DNA of 64,000 bases. It comes from an uncultured Gemmatimonadaceae bacterium (GTDB taxonomy: Bacteria > Gemmatimonadota > Gemmatimonadetes > Gemmatimonadales > Gemmatimonadaceae). Where the stretch lies: NCBI GenBank assembly GCA_963781585.1, contig CAWAGQ010000004.1:192001-256000 (forward strand). Direction: 5' to 3'. The notes below the pieces were generated by a model. The model made no database searches. It saw only the letters and a list, made by a program, of their open reading frames with translations, and was not told the origin of the DNA. Positions 29,543 through 40,493 of this stretch are shown in pieces (position 1 is the first letter of the stretch; the number at the start of each line of letters is the position of its first letter). A program made the translations under genes and the position numbers.

Positions 29543-31168
29543 ATGCCCCGCCCATCCCATTCGAGCGTCAGAATCGACGATCCGTTCCCGAGCGCGCGCG
29601 GCGGCGACCCCGCGGCGGCGCTGGTGCGCGCCGCGCAGGCCGAGCGGGACGGCCAGCTCGCCGTCGCCCGCAACCTGTATGAGCAGTGCGTCTGGTCGCA
29701 CGCGCGCACGCTGTCGCCGGCGCAGATCGGCGCGTGCCTGATCGGCATTGCCCGCACCTATCATCTCGACGGTGACTCCGAGGCGGCGCTCGATGTGCTC
29801 GAGGCGGCGTTCGCGCTCGCATCGGCGCAGGGAGACGACGCGTCGCTCGGAGCCGCCCTCAATTGCCAGGCGGTGGTGCGTTGGCACCGCGGACAGCTCG
29901 ACGAGGCCGAGCGGCTCTATCTCGAGGCCCAGGACTGTGGCGCGCGAATCGGCGATCGCCGCCTGGTCGCCATGACGGCACAGAACCGCGGTATCATCGC
30001 GAACGTGCGTGGTGAGCTGTCGGTCGCCTTGAACCACTATCGCGAGGCCCTGGTGGCTTTCCGCGCCCTCGGCCTCACCCGCGAGGTGTGCAACGTCCTC
30101 GGCAATCTCGGGATGCTCCACACGGATCTGGAGCAATGGGACGATGCCGAGCGGGCCTTCGGCGAGGCGCGGGGGCTGGCGGAGTCGGCAGCCGACGCGC
30201 ACACCCGCGTGCTGATCGAAGTCAACATCGCCGAGCTGGCCATCGCGCGCGCCGAGTTCGATCGGGCCCGGGTCATCAGCGAGCAGGCGTTGCGCCTGGC
30301 GCACACGCTCGGCGACGCCAGCGCCGAGGCCGAGTTGCGGAAGCATCTGGGAGTGGTGTGCCGCGAGACGGGTCACTACGAAGACGCCGACCATCATTTC
30401 GCCATCGGCGAGTCGCTCGCCGAGCGCCGCCAGAACCTGCTGCTCCTGGCGGAACTGGCTCGCGAGCGGGCAGATCTGCATTCCCGCCTGGGGCGCTTCC
30501 GCGAGACGGTACGGTGTCTCAATCGCTCCCATCAGTTGTTCTCCGAGCTGCGCGCGCGGCGCGACATCGCCGACATCGATCGCCGTCACCTGCGCATCGA
30601 GAGCACGTTCCTCGACGTTGTGCGACAGTGGGGTGAGTCGATCGAGTCCAAGGATGCGTACACGCAGGGCCACTGTCTTCGTGTGGCCGATCTGTCCTGC
30701 GCGATCGCGCGTCGCGTTGGCGTGGACGACCGCCGGCTGTTCTGGTTTCGCGTGGGCGCGCTGCTCCACGATGTCGGGAAGATTGCCGTGCCGGCCGAGG
30801 TGCTGAACAAGCCCGGGCGTCTCACCAGCGAGGAATGGGCGCTGATGCGCTCACATCCCGAAGCCGGCGTGGAACTGCTGCGAGGCATCGACTTTCCGGA
30901 GGATGTCATCCCGATCGTGTTGTCGCACCACGAGCGCTGGGACGGGACCGGGTATCCCCAGGGGCTCGCCGGCGAGCAGATCCACCTGGCGGCGCGGATT
31001 CTCGGCCTGGCGGACGTCTACGATGCGCTCACCACGAATCGGAGCTACAAGCCGGGGATGACCCATGCCGACGCCATGCAGACCATGCGCGACGGGGCCG
31101 GCTCGCACTTCGACCCGGCGTTGTTCTCCGAATTCGAAGCGGTGATGATGACGCTCTCGCCGCGTTAG
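29543..31168 (+). CDS. TPR-repeat plus HD-GYP cyclic-dinucleotide phosphodiesterase (start could be 29456 or 29486)
   Basis: About 7 TPR-like repeats; HCLRV, LHDVGK, HHERWDGTGYP, ADVYDA, RSYK. Confidence 0.9.
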   Translation: MPRPSHSSVRIDDPFPSARGGDPAAALVRAAQAERDGQLAVARNLYEQCVWSHARTLSPAQIGACLIGIARTYHLDGDSEAALDVLEAAFALASAQGDDASLGAALNCQAVVRWHRGQLDEAERLYLEAQDCGARIGDRRLVAMTAQNRGIIANVRGELSVALNHYREALVAFRALGLTREVCNVLGNLGMLHTDLEQWDDAERAFGEARGLAESAADAHTRVLIEVNIAELAIARAEFDRARVISEQALRLAHTLGDASAEAELRKHLGVVCRETGHYEDADHHFAIGESLAERRQNLLLLAELARERADLHSRLGRFRETVRCLNRSHQLFSELRARRDIADIDRRHLRIESTFLDVVRQWGESIESKDAYTQGHCLRVADLSCAIARRVGVDDRRLFWFRVGALLHDVGKIAVPAEVLNKPGRLTSEEWALMRSHPEAGVELLRGIDFPEDVIPIVLSHHERWDGTGYPQGLAGEQIHLAARILGLADVYDALTTNRSYKPGMTHADAMQTMRDGAGSHFDPALFSEFEAVMMTLSPR

Positions 31169-31231
31169 GCAGCGGGCAGGCTCCAGCCTCGACCGGAATC
31201 CCGGGCCCCCACCGGGAATGCCGGCGCCCGC

Positions 31232-32284
31232 TCAGTGCCTGGGGATGGACGGTCTCCAGTTGAATGGCGGACCCTCATTGATTCCGATCAGCGAGACGTC
31301 GATCACAGACTCGAATGTTCCCGCGTCGATGAACTGCTGCATCTGCGCCATGGACTTCTGCATCTGGCCTTCGACCATCTGCTTCTGGCTCGCGTTCAGT
31401 TTCGCCAGCTCCGGCTGCATCGCGTCCCACTGCGCCTTGACCTTTACCATCGACTGTCGGGCCTTGGCCATCTCCTGCCGCCGCTTGGGGTCGGCCGCCA
31501 TCGCCTCGAGCATTCCCGACATCCGCATCACCAGGTGCTGGGGCTGATACATCGTCGCGACGTGGTGATAGTCCTTCTGCTGCAGTTCCAGCTCCACCGG
31601 AGTCGTCTTGCCGTTCATCTGCAGGTCACCGGCCACTTTCATTGCCAGCGGCACGTATTCCTCGGCGTCGATCCAGAGATCGAGCTCACGCAGGGTCATC
31701 TTCGCCGCGGATCCCGAATCGGCCAGCACGATGTCCGAGACCTTGTCTGCGATCAGTCGAAACGCGTCCCTGCCATCGATTGTTTCGCGCCCGGCCAGGC
31801 GGGCGCGACTCGTGAAGGCCGCCATTCCGGAGTCGGCCGCGGCCACGTCCGCTCTGCCGTCGTTCTCGTGATAATCCTGGGCCATCCGGAGCATTGCCGA
31901 CATGTCGCTCATCATCGAGTGCATGAAGATGTTGTGAGCTGGACCGATCTCCTTCGCGAATCCCTGATCGAGCAGGTCCAGCGCGTCGGCCATGCCGCCT
32001 GCCACGGCCTCGAGGTCCTGCGGCGTTTCGGAACCGAGCCTGCGCCATTCGGTCATCGGAACCAGCCGGAATCCTGGCTGCCCGTTCACCTCCATTCGTT
32101 CGTAGTACGAGGGCGTCTCTATTCCCTGAACCGTCTGGATGAGCGTGTAGTTGTTCACGCCGTTCCAGCGTTCGATCTGCCTGGTTCGCGCCGTCGCGAG
32201 AATCGACTGTGCGGTCTGCGGACGGGCCTCTTGCGGCAGGAGCATGACCAGGCCCAGGACTGACAGGGCAGTGTGGCGGCGCAT
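31232..32284 (-). CDS. Hypothetical secreted protein, possibly LolA-like fold
   Basis: Signal peptide; GRETIDGRDA, LWID.EEY.P; GGAGG RBS. Confidence 0.7.
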   Translation of the reverse strand: MRRHTALSVLGLVMLLPQEARPQTAQSILATARTRQIERWNGVNNYTLIQTVQGIETPSYYERMEVNGQPGFRLVPMTEWRRLGSETPQDLEAVAGGMADALDLLDQGFAKEIGPAHNIFMHSMMSDMSAMLRMAQDYHENDGRADVAAADSGMAAFTSRARLAGRETIDGRDAFRLIADKVSDIVLADSGSAAKMTLRELDLWIDAEEYVPLAMKVAGDLQMNGKTTPVELELQQKDYHHVATMYQPQHLVMRMSGMLEAMAADPKRRQEMAKARQSMVKVKAQWDAMQPELAKLNASQKQMVEGQMQKSMAQMQQFIDAGTFESVIDVSLIGINEGPPFNWRPSIPRH

Positions 32285-32474
32285 GAGACGATCCTCCTGG
32301 TAGTCCGTGCGAATGGGATGCTTCGCATCCTTCAACGGATTCCCGGGTGCAACTCCGCCACACGGCGGCCTCAACCCCCGCGGTTGACCGGCGCCCGCCG
32401 CTGTTTCGGGCGCCTTCGTCCGGGTAGTTTTGGACGTGCCCGCGGCGGGCCCATTTCACTCTGGAAACGCTGTC

Positions 32475-33683
32475 ATGACCGATACAACCCGCATTCCCGT
32501 CATCGTTGGCGCGGCGCGCACCCCGATCGGGCGGTACCTGGGCGGCCTCGCGACGCTCCCGGCGCCTGACCTCGGAGGCATCGCGATTCGCGAGGCCGTA
32601 CGGCGCAGCGGCGTCCCGGCTGCCGACATCCGCGAAGTCATCTTGGGAAACGTGCTGCAGGGTGGTGTGGGACAGGCCCCGGCGCGCCAGGCGCTGATCA
32701 AGTCGGGGCTGCCCGCCACGATTTCGGCGGTCACGGTGAACAAGGTGTGTGGCTCCGGACTCAAGGCCGTCATGCTGGCCGCCCAGGCGATCCGGGCCGG
32801 GGATCTGGAGGTGGCGGTCGCCGGCGGGCAGGAGTCGATGTCGAACGCGCCGCACTACCTCTACGGCTACCGCTCCGGCATCAAGCTTGGCGACCAGACG
32901 ATTGTGGATGGCATGATCCGCGACGGTCTTTGGTGTTCGTTCTGCAACGTGCACATGGGCTCGCACGCCGAGTACACGGCGCGGAAAGCGGGCGTGTCGC
33001 GCGAGCGGCAGGATGCGTTCGCGGTCGAGTCGCATCGGAGGGCGGTTGCCGCCATCGACGCAGGGAAGTTTCGCAACGAGATCGTGCCGGTCGAGATTCA
33101 TGGGAAGCGCGGCACCACCGTAGTGGACACCGACGAGGGCCCCCGCCGCGAGACTACCGTGGAGTCGCTCGCTTCGCTGCGTCCGGCGTTCGGATCGAAG
33201 GACGCGCGCGGCGAGTTGTCGGTGACCGCGGGGAACGCCTCAACGCTGAACGACGGCGCCGCGGCGCTCGTGGTGACGTCGGAGGCATACGCACGGGCGC
33301 ACGATCTGGCGATCCTGGCGCGCATCGACGCCTACGCGACCGGAGCGACCGAGCCGCAGGACCTGTTCTTCGCCCCGATTCGGGCCGTCGGTAACCTGAT
33401 GGCTCGCGAAGGGACAAGCATCGGCGATTACGACCTGATCGAGGCAAACGAGGCCTTCGCGTCCCAGGCGCTGGCCGATGGCGACGGACTGGGCTGGGAC
33501 TGGTCGCGCGTGAACGTGAACGGGGGCGCGATCGCACTCGGCCATCCGATCGGGGCCAGCGGGGCGCGCGTGCTGGTGACGCTGTTGTACGCGTTGATCG
33601 ATCGGGGCAAGAAGCGGGGACTGGCAACCCTCTGTCTCGGCGGGGGCGACGCGGTTGCGCTCAGCGTGACGAGGATCGCGTGA
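32475..33683 (+). CDS. Acetyl-CoA C-acyltransferase (thiolase)
   Basis: [25 protein letters not shown]. Confidence 0.96.
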   Translation: MTDTTRIPVIVGAARTPIGRYLGGLATLPAPDLGGIAIREAVRRSGVPAADIREVILGNVLQGGVGQAPARQALIKSGLPATISAVTVNKVCGSGLKAVMLAAQAIRAGDLEVAVAGGQESMSNAPHYLYGYRSGIKLGDQTIVDGMIRDGLWCSFCNVHMGSHAEYTARKAGVSRERQDAFAVESHRRAVAAIDAGKFRNEIVPVEIHGKRGTTVVDTDEGPRRETTVESLASLRPAFGSKDARGELSVTAGNASTLNDGAAALVVTSEAYARAHDLAILARIDAYATGATEPQDLFFAPIRAVGNLMAREGTSIGDYDLIEANEAFASQALADGDGLGWDWSRVNVNGGAIALGHPIGASGARVLVTLLYALIDRGKKRGLATLCLGGGDAVALSVTRIA

Positions 33684-33798
33684 GACAGCCGGCTCCGTCG
33701 TTTCGCGCACCTGGTCATCGGCGACTCAGTGCGACGCGCTTCGCCATTGGTCTGCGACAGAATAGCGCGTCGACCTGACGGCGGGCGATTCATCGTTC

Positions 33799-34653
33799 AT
33801 GGAGGCACATCCGCCAGACGCCGCCGTCGGTCGCCCGTGGCGTCTGATCATCTTCATGCTCGCCTGCGCCGTCGGCGTACTTGGTCTGCGGCTTCTGTTC
33901 AGTCCACTGGCGGGCAGAGTGGGGCCGATTGGCGGAGTGTCGTTCGTTTCGCACGCCTATGTGTGGACATTGGCCGGAGGGCTGCTGATCGGCCATGCCT
34001 GGACGTTTCGTCTGGTGGAGCCTCGCGGCTGGGGGTACGCGGGGTTGGGGCGACAGGCGATGCGACCTGGAGTGGTGGTGGCGGGACTCATCCTGGGGGC
34101 TGCCGCCATCGGGATTCCATCGCTGACCCTCCTCGGCGTCGGCTGGCTCCAGGTGCAGCACGCCGATGCGGGGAGCCCGGGTTCGGCCGCACTGGGACTG
34201 GCGGCTTTGCTGTTGCCGGCCTCACTCTGGGAAGAACTGCTCATGCGCGGGTTCTTCTTCGCCGTTCTGCGGGAGGTGTGGGGGCCGTGGCGGGCGATAT
34301 TGGCGACCAGCGTCCTCTTTGGCCTGATGCACCTGCAGAACGCCGAGGCCACGTCACAGTCGGTCGCGATGGTGGCGCTGGCAGGGGTCTTTCTCGGCAT
34401 GGTCTTGGTGACCACGGGAAGCCTGTACGCGGCGTGGGCGGCGCATTTCGCGTGGAACTTCGTGCTGGCCGCGGTGCTTCACGCGACGTTGAGCGGACTG
34501 ACGCTGCCGGCGCCCGGCTATCGGATGGTGGATGCGGGGCCTGACTGGGCGACGGGTGGTGCGTGGGGCCCGGAAGGTGGTTTCTTCGCGGCCGCCGGGA
34601 TGGCGGCGGGGATCCTCATCCTGTATCGACTGCGGCTTCGCCGCGGGGAGTGA
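33799..34653 (+). CDS. CPBP (CAAX/Abi) intramembrane metalloprotease
   Basis: EELLMRG, FGLMH, AHFAWN, GGAWGPEG. Confidence 0.92.
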   Translation: MEAHPPDAAVGRPWRLIIFMLACAVGVLGLRLLFSPLAGRVGPIGGVSFVSHAYVWTLAGGLLIGHAWTFRLVEPRGWGYAGLGRQAMRPGVVVAGLILGAAAIGIPSLTLLGVGWLQVQHADAGSPGSAALGLAALLLPASLWEELLMRGFFFAVLREVWGPWRAILATSVLFGLMHLQNAEATSQSVAMVALAGVFLGMVLVTTGSLYAAWAAHFAWNFVLAAVLHATLSGLTLPAPGYRMVDAGPDWATGGAWGPEGGFFAAAGMAAGILILYRLRLRRGE

Positions 34654-34659
34654 AAGGAC

Positions 34660-35511
34660 ATGGCGGATCACGTGGCGGTGGTGGGCGCGGGCCAGATGGG
34701 GAACGGCATCGCGCACGTGTTCGGGCTTCACGGATTTCCGGTGACGATGGTGGACGTATCGTCGGAGGCGGTGGCCAGGGGTCGCGCGGCGATCGAGGCG
34801 AACCTGGCGCGGCAGGTGAAGAAGGGGATCGTCGATGCGGACACGCGGAACGCCGTCCTGGAACGCATCGGGGGGAGCACCGATCTGTCGAGCGTGGCGG
34901 AGGCCACGATTGTGGTCGAGGCGGCGACGGAGGACGAGGACCTCAAGTACCGCCTGTTCGCCGATCTCGACCGGCAGGCGCCGGCCGGGGCGATCCTGGC
35001 CACGAATACGAGCTCCATCTCCATCACGGCGATCGGCGCCCACACCGGTCGTCCCGATCGGGTGATCGGCATGCACTTCATGAATCCGGTGCCGGTGATG
35101 CAGCTGGTGGAGGTGATCCGGGGCCTGGCCACCAGCGACCAGACCACCCAGCGGGTGCTGGATCTCGCCGCTTCGTTAGGCAAGACGCCGGTGGAGGTCC
35201 ACGATGCCCCCGGCTTCGTCGCGAACCGGATCCTGATGCCGATGATCAACGAGGCCGCCTACTGCCTGATGAACGGGGTGGCCGGGGCTGATGCCATCGA
35301 CACGGTGATGAAGCTCGGGATGAATCATCCGATGGGTCCGCTCGCCCTCGCCGACCTTATCGGGCTCGACACCTGCGTGGCGATTCTCGAGGTGCTTCAG
35401 CGGGGGCTCGGCAGCGACAAGTACGCACCGTGCCCGCTGCTGCGCCAATACGTCGCCGCCGGCTGGTTAGGCAGGAAGAGCGGGCGGGGATTCCATTCCT
35501 ATGCCAAATGA
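34660..35511 (+). CDS. hbd: 3-hydroxybutyryl-CoA dehydrogenase
   Basis: GAGQMGNG, TNTSSI, GMHFMNP, PMGPLALAD, GRKSGRGF. Confidence 0.93.
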   Translation: MADHVAVVGAGQMGNGIAHVFGLHGFPVTMVDVSSEAVARGRAAIEANLARQVKKGIVDADTRNAVLERIGGSTDLSSVAEATIVVEAATEDEDLKYRLFADLDRQAPAGAILATNTSSISITAIGAHTGRPDRVIGMHFMNPVPVMQLVEVIRGLATSDQTTQRVLDLAASLGKTPVEVHDAPGFVANRILMPMINEAAYCLMNGVAGADAIDTVMKLGMNHPMGPLALADLIGLDTCVAILEVLQRGLGSDKYAPCPLLRQYVAAGWLGRKSGRGFHSYAK

Positions 35512-35523
35512 CCGCGTGACGAC

Positions 35524-36687
35524 ATGTCCTGGGCGCTGATTCCCCTTACCGAGCAGCAGCGCGCCGTGCAGGATGCGGCGCGCGAATTTGCGCGCACCGA
35601 AATTGCGCCCTTCTCCGATGCCTGGGATCGCGAGGCGTGCTTCGAACCTGCGCTCGTTCCCAAACTCGCCGCGCTCGGACTCCTGGGCATGATGATCCCG
35701 GAAGCCTACGGCGGGCTGGGCCTCGACACCTCCACCTATCTCGTGGCGCTCGAGGAGATCGCCGCGGTCGATGCCTCGGTGGCCGTGCTGATGAGCGTGC
35801 ACAATTCGCTGCCGGCCCAGATGATCACGCGGTTCGGCACTGAAGAGCAGAAGGAGCACTTTCTCCGCCCGATGGCGAGCGGTGAAATGCTGGGCGCGTT
35901 TGCCCTGTCCGAGCCGGATGCGGGCTCCGACGCCGCGAACATCGCAACCCGCGCGGTGCTGGAGGGCGATCACTGGATCCTCAACGGCACCAAAGCGTGG
36001 GTGTCGAGCGGAAGCCATGCCGGCGTCATCCTGACGCTGGCCCGCACCGACCAGCCGGGTGATCGCCGCGGCCCGCGCGGAATCGGCGCCTTCCTCGTCA
36101 CACCGGATGCACCCGGATTCGCGGTCGGCAAGAAGGAAAACAAGATGGGACTCAGGGCGTCGCCCACCGTGCAGCTGGTGTTCGAAAACCTGCGCCTGCC
36201 GCGGACCAACCTGCTTGGTGATCCGACCAAGGGCTTTGTGTACGCCATGCAGTCGCTCGAGCACGGCCGACTGGGCATCGCCGCCCAGGCCATCGGCATC
36301 GCAAGGGCGGCGCTGGAGCATTCGGTGTCGTATGCGGCCGAGCGAAGGCAGTTCGGCAAGCCGATCAAGGAGTTCCAGGCGATTCAGTTCAAGTTGGCGG
36401 ACATGGCCATGCGCATCACGGCCTCCCGCGCCCTGTTGTACGCGGCGGCCGCGGCGAAGGACCGTGGCGAACCCACGACGCAGTTCAGCGCGATGAGCAA
36501 GCTGATGGCGAGCGAGACCGCCATGTGGGTGACCACGCAGGCGATCCAGATATTCGGCGGCTACGGATACGTCAAGGAATATCCCGTGGAGCGGTTGTTC
36601 CGGGACGCCAAAGTCACCGAGATCTACGAGGGAACCTCGGAAATCCAGCGCATCGTGATCGCGCGGGAGCTGTATGCGAGGACCTGA
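35524..36687 (+). CDS. Acyl-CoA dehydrogenase (short/branched chain type)
   Basis: FALSEPDAGSD, NGTKAWV, RRQFGKPI, GGYGY, IYEGTSEIQR. Confidence 0.95.
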   Translation: MSWALIPLTEQQRAVQDAAREFARTEIAPFSDAWDREACFEPALVPKLAALGLLGMMIPEAYGGLGLDTSTYLVALEEIAAVDASVAVLMSVHNSLPAQMITRFGTEEQKEHFLRPMASGEMLGAFALSEPDAGSDAANIATRAVLEGDHWILNGTKAWVSSGSHAGVILTLARTDQPGDRRGPRGIGAFLVTPDAPGFAVGKKENKMGLRASPTVQLVFENLRLPRTNLLGDPTKGFVYAMQSLEHGRLGIAAQAIGIARAALEHSVSYAAERRQFGKPIKEFQAIQFKLADMAMRITASRALLYAAAAAKDRGEPTTQFSAMSKLMASETAMWVTTQAIQIFGGYGYVKEYPVERLFRDAKVTEIYEGTSEIQRIVIARELYART

Positions 36688-36794
36688 GGATTACGATCCG
36701 TGGTCGTGCACCCGGAGCATCCCGCACTCAGCGCCGCGCATTCAGCTTCGAGCAATGACCTGACCACCCACCGCTTCCACCATAACCTGCGCCG

Positions 36795-37868
36795 ATGAAG
36801 GTCTTCGATCTCCTCTCCGAGATGGGCCACGAACAACTCGTGATGTGCCACGACAAGTCGTGTGGCTACCGCGGCATCATCGCCATCCACGATACGACCC
36901 TCGGCCCGGCGCTGGGTGGAACCCGGTTCTGGAACTACCGGACCGACGACGAGGCGATCGTCGACGGACTCCGGCTGGCGAAGGGCATGACCTACAAGAA
37001 CGCCGTGGCCGGCCTGAATCTGGGTGGCGGCAAGGCGGTGATCATTGGCGACAACCGCACCACGCGACGGGAGATGCTGTTCCGCGCGCATGGGCGATTC
37101 GTGGAGTCGCTCGGCGGCCGATACATCACTGCCGAGGACGTCGGCACCACGAGCGCCGACATGGACTTCGTCCACATGGAGACCGAATACGTTGCGGGGC
37201 TGACGACCCGGTCAGGCGATCCCTCGCCGGTCACCGCGCGGGGCGTGTTCCGGGCGATTCAGGCGGCGGCGCATGAGCGCTGGGGAAGCGACGGGGTGGC
37301 CGGGAAGACGGTCGCCGTCCAGGGACTTGGACACGTGGGATATTTCCTGTGCCGGGAACTGCACGGGGCGGGCGCACGGCTCATCGTCACGGATATCGAT
37401 GCGGCCAAAGTCGAGCGCGCCGTGGCCGACTGCGGCGCCCGCGCGGTGAGTGCCGACGAGATCTATGCCGTGCCAGCCGACATCTTCTCGCCGTGCGCGT
37501 TAGGCGGCGTGCTGAACGACGATACCATTCCCCGCCTGCAGGTCGAAATCGTCGCCGGCGGCGCCAACAACCAGTTGCTCGAGGAACGGCATGGCGACGT
37601 GCTCGAGCAGCGGGGTATCCTGTATGCCCCCGACTTCGTCGCCAATGCCGGCGGCGTGATCAATGTGTACGGCGAGATCGCCGGGTGGACCGCGCCACGC
37701 GCGTTGCGCAAGGCCGACGAGATCTACCAGACCATGCTGGGCGTGTTCGAGATCGCGCGCGAGCAGAGGGTCCCGACCCACCTGGCCGCCGACCGGCTTG
37801 CAGAGCGACGGCTGAACGCGGTTGGCGGCCTGGTGCGCACCTGGCCCCAATGGCCGCGCAAGAGTTGA
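36795..37868 (+). CDS. Leucine dehydrogenase (Glu/Leu/Phe/Val dehydrogenase)
   Basis: LGPALGGTR, GMTYK, GGGKAV, TAEDVG, GDPSP, ANNQL. Confidence 0.94.
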   Translation: MKVFDLLSEMGHEQLVMCHDKSCGYRGIIAIHDTTLGPALGGTRFWNYRTDDEAIVDGLRLAKGMTYKNAVAGLNLGGGKAVIIGDNRTTRREMLFRAHGRFVESLGGRYITAEDVGTTSADMDFVHMETEYVAGLTTRSGDPSPVTARGVFRAIQAAAHERWGSDGVAGKTVAVQGLGHVGYFLCRELHGAGARLIVTDIDAAKVERAVADCGARAVSADEIYAVPADIFSPCALGGVLNDDTIPRLQVEIVAGGANNQLLEERHGDVLEQRGILYAPDFVANAGGVINVYGEIAGWTAPRALRKADEIYQTMLGVFEIAREQRVPTHLAADRLAERRLNAVGGLVRTWPQWPRKS

Positions 37869-37982
37869 CCCGGGGAGCCGGCGACCGGGCCGCGACACCG
37901 CACTCCCCCGGTTCCGGGCTCGCGAGTACGTTCGAGGGGATGCGCCTGTCGCGCTATGTACCCACTCTCCACTCGTGGACCG

Positions 37983-38432
37983 ATGTCTGAAGTAATCCCC
38001 ATCGCATCCGATCACGCCGGTTTCGAGATGAAGCAGAAGCTGGAGGCCCATCTGCGCGCGCTCGGTTTCCAGGTCGACGACCTCGGCGCCGAAACCGCGG
38101 CCGCCTCCGACTACCCCGACTACGCCCACCCGCTCGCCAGGATGGTCTCCAGAGGCGACGTGAAAAGGGGCGTGCTGCTGTGCGGAACCGGTGTCGGCAT
38201 GGCGATGGCCGCCAATCGCCATCCCAATGTGCGGGCGGCGGTCGTCTGGTCGCCCAAGGTGGCCGAGCTTACGAGACGCCATAACGACGCCAACGTCCTG
38301 GTGCTTCCAGCACGCTGTCTGTCCGAGGCGGAGGGTGAGGAGATTCTCGACGTCTTTCTCCGAACGGGATTCGACGGCGGACGCCACGAACGCCGGGTCG
38401 AGAAGATCGAAACCGAGGAGGCGCACGCATGA
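37983..38432 (+). CDS. rpiB: Ribose-5-phosphate isomerase B
   Basis: SDHAG, DYPD, CGTGVG, HNDAN, GGRH.RR. Confidence 0.95.
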   Translation: MSEVIPIASDHAGFEMKQKLEAHLRALGFQVDDLGAETAAASDYPDYAHPLARMVSRGDVKRGVLLCGTGVGMAMAANRHPNVRAAVVWSPKVAELTRRHNDANVLVLPARCLSEAEGEEILDVFLRTGFDGGRHERRVEKIETEEAHA

Positions 38433-39721
38433 GCGACTGGCACGAATGGGACCGATGTCCGCCGGGCCCCGCTCTCCGCGAGGCCGACCCCCAGGTGGCG
38501 CGCCTCATCGACCGCGAAATCGAACGGCAGTCCGACGGGCTCGAGCTGATCGCCAGCGAGAACTTCGTGTCGCCAGCCGTACTCGAAGCCCTTGGCTCGC
38601 CGCTGACCAACAAGTATGCCGAAGGTCTGCCGCGCAAGCGTTACTATGGCGGGTGTGAGGTGGTGGACGAGCTCGAGCAGCTCGCGATCGATCGCGCCAA
38701 GGCCTTGTTCGGTGCCGAGCACGCCAATGTCCAGCCGCACTCGGGCGCCTCGGCGAACTTTGCGGCTTGCTTCGCCTTCCTGAAGCCGGGTGAGACGCTC
38801 CTCGGCCAGGACCTCTCGCAGGGCGGGCACCTCACCCATGGATCGCCGGTGAACTTCTCGGGGATTCTCTACCGGGCGGTGCACTACGGGGTGAACGATC
38901 TCGGCTACATCGACTACGACGCGTTGCGCGATATCGCTCGCCGGGAGCGGCCGCGCCTGATTCTCGCTGGCGCCAGCGCCTATCCCCGGTTCATCGATTT
39001 CGCGGCGTTCGCGGAAGTGGCGGCCGAAGTGGGGGCGGTTCTGATGGTGGATATGGCACACATCGCCGGGCTCATCGCCACCGGTCTTCATCCCTCGCCG
39101 GTACCCCACGCCGATGTCGTGACCAGTACGACGCACAAGACACTTCGCGGGCCGCGCGCCGGTCTCATTCTCTGTCGTGCCGCGCACGCCAAGCTGATCG
39201 ACAAGGCGGTGTTCCCGGGTTCCCAGGGCGGGCCGCTCGAACACGTCATCGCGGCCAAGGCCGTGGCGTTCCGCGAAGCGGCGGAGCCGTCGTTCCGGGA
39301 CTACTGCGCGCAGGTGGTCGCCAATGCCCGTGCGCTCGGAGACGGGCTGTCCGAGCGGGGATACCACCTGGTCTCCGGCGGAACCGACAACCATCTGTTG
39401 CTGGTGGACCTTCGCAACAAGGGGCTCACCGGCAAGGCGGCGGAGCAGGCGCTGGACCGTGCCGGCATCACCGTGAACAAGAACACCGTTCCCCGCGAGA
39501 CGCAGTCGCCGTTCGTGACCAGTGGGGTGCGGATCGGGACCCCGGCGCTCACCACCCGGGGCATGAAGACGGACGAGATGCGGCGCATTGCCGGCATGAT
39601 GGACCGGGTGCTGGCCGCGCCTAACGACGAACTCGTGGCCACCGAGGTGCGCACCGAGGTAAAGGAAATGACGGCGGCGTTCCCGCTCTACCCCGCGCCC
39701 ACCGCTATCGCAGCGGACTGA
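38429..39721 (+). CDS. glyA: Serine hydroxymethyltransferase
   Basis: [31 protein letters not shown]. Confidence 0.97.
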   Translation: MSDWHEWDRCPPGPALREADPQVARLIDREIERQSDGLELIASENFVSPAVLEALGSPLTNKYAEGLPRKRYYGGCEVVDELEQLAIDRAKALFGAEHANVQPHSGASANFAACFAFLKPGETLLGQDLSQGGHLTHGSPVNFSGILYRAVHYGVNDLGYIDYDALRDIARRERPRLILAGASAYPRFIDFAAFAEVAAEVGAVLMVDMAHIAGLIATGLHPSPVPHADVVTSTTHKTLRGPRAGLILCRAAHAKLIDKAVFPGSQGGPLEHVIAAKAVAFREAAEPSFRDYCAQVVANARALGDGLSERGYHLVSGGTDNHLLLVDLRNKGLTGKAAEQALDRAGITVNKNTVPRETQSPFVTSGVRIGTPALTTRGMKTDEMRRIAGMMDRVLAAPNDELVATEVRTEVKEMTAAFPLYPAPTAIAAD

Positions 39722-39805
39722 CTTGCCGGCGCCGACCTTCCGCCGACGCGGCGCTGCAGTATCTTGCCCGCTCCAGAACGCGGCGGGCGTACTCCCGGAG
39801 GACCG

Positions 39806-40441
39806 ATGGCGATTCGACTTGGTGACGAGGCCCCCGATTTCTCGGCCGACACGACCCTCGGCCCCGTTCAGTTCCACGACTGGAAGCGGGGCAGCTGGGC
39901 CGTTCTCTTCTCGCATCCGAAGGACTTCACGCCAGTCTGCACCACCGAGCTGGGGCGGGTCGCGGCGCTCAAGCCGGAATTCGAGAAGCGGAATTGCAAG
40001 GTGATCGGGCTGAGCGTTGATCCCGTCGAGTCCCACCTGAAGTGGGAGAAGGACATTACCGACGTCACCGGGAATACCGTCAACTTCCCGATGATCGGCG
40101 ATCCGGACCGCACGATCGCCACGCTCTACGACATGATCCATCCGAATGCCAACGATTCGCAGACGGTCCGCTCGGTGTTCGTGATCGGCCCTGACAACAA
40201 GGTGAAGCTGATGCTCACCTATCCCGCCAGCACCGGGCGCAACTTCGACGAGATCGTGCGCATCCTCGATGCGGTGCAGCTCACCGCCGACTATGCCGTG
40301 TCGACGCCGGCGGACTGGAAGCCGGGCGACGACGTGATCATCGCACCCGCGGTTTCGGACGATGACGCGCGGAAGAAGTTCCCCAAGGGATTCGTGGCGA
40401 AGAAGTCCTACCTGCGCGTCACGCCGCAGCCGAATCTCTGA
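39806..40441 (+). CDS. 1-Cys peroxiredoxin (Prx6 type)
   Basis: FSHPKDFTPVCTTE, YPASTGRNF, TPADW. Confidence 0.95.
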   Translation: MAIRLGDEAPDFSADTTLGPVQFHDWKRGSWAVLFSHPKDFTPVCTTELGRVAALKPEFEKRNCKVIGLSVDPVESHLKWEKDITDVTGNTVNFPMIGDPDRTIATLYDMIHPNANDSQTVRSVFVIGPDNKVKLMLTYPASTGRNFDEIVRILDAVQLTADYAVSTPADWKPGDDVIIAPAVSDDDARKKFPKGFVAKKSYLRVTPQPNL

Positions 40442-40493
40442 CGCCGCCGCCGGATCCGCGCCGCGCCCGGCCGCCGCTGCGCGGCGAGCGCGC

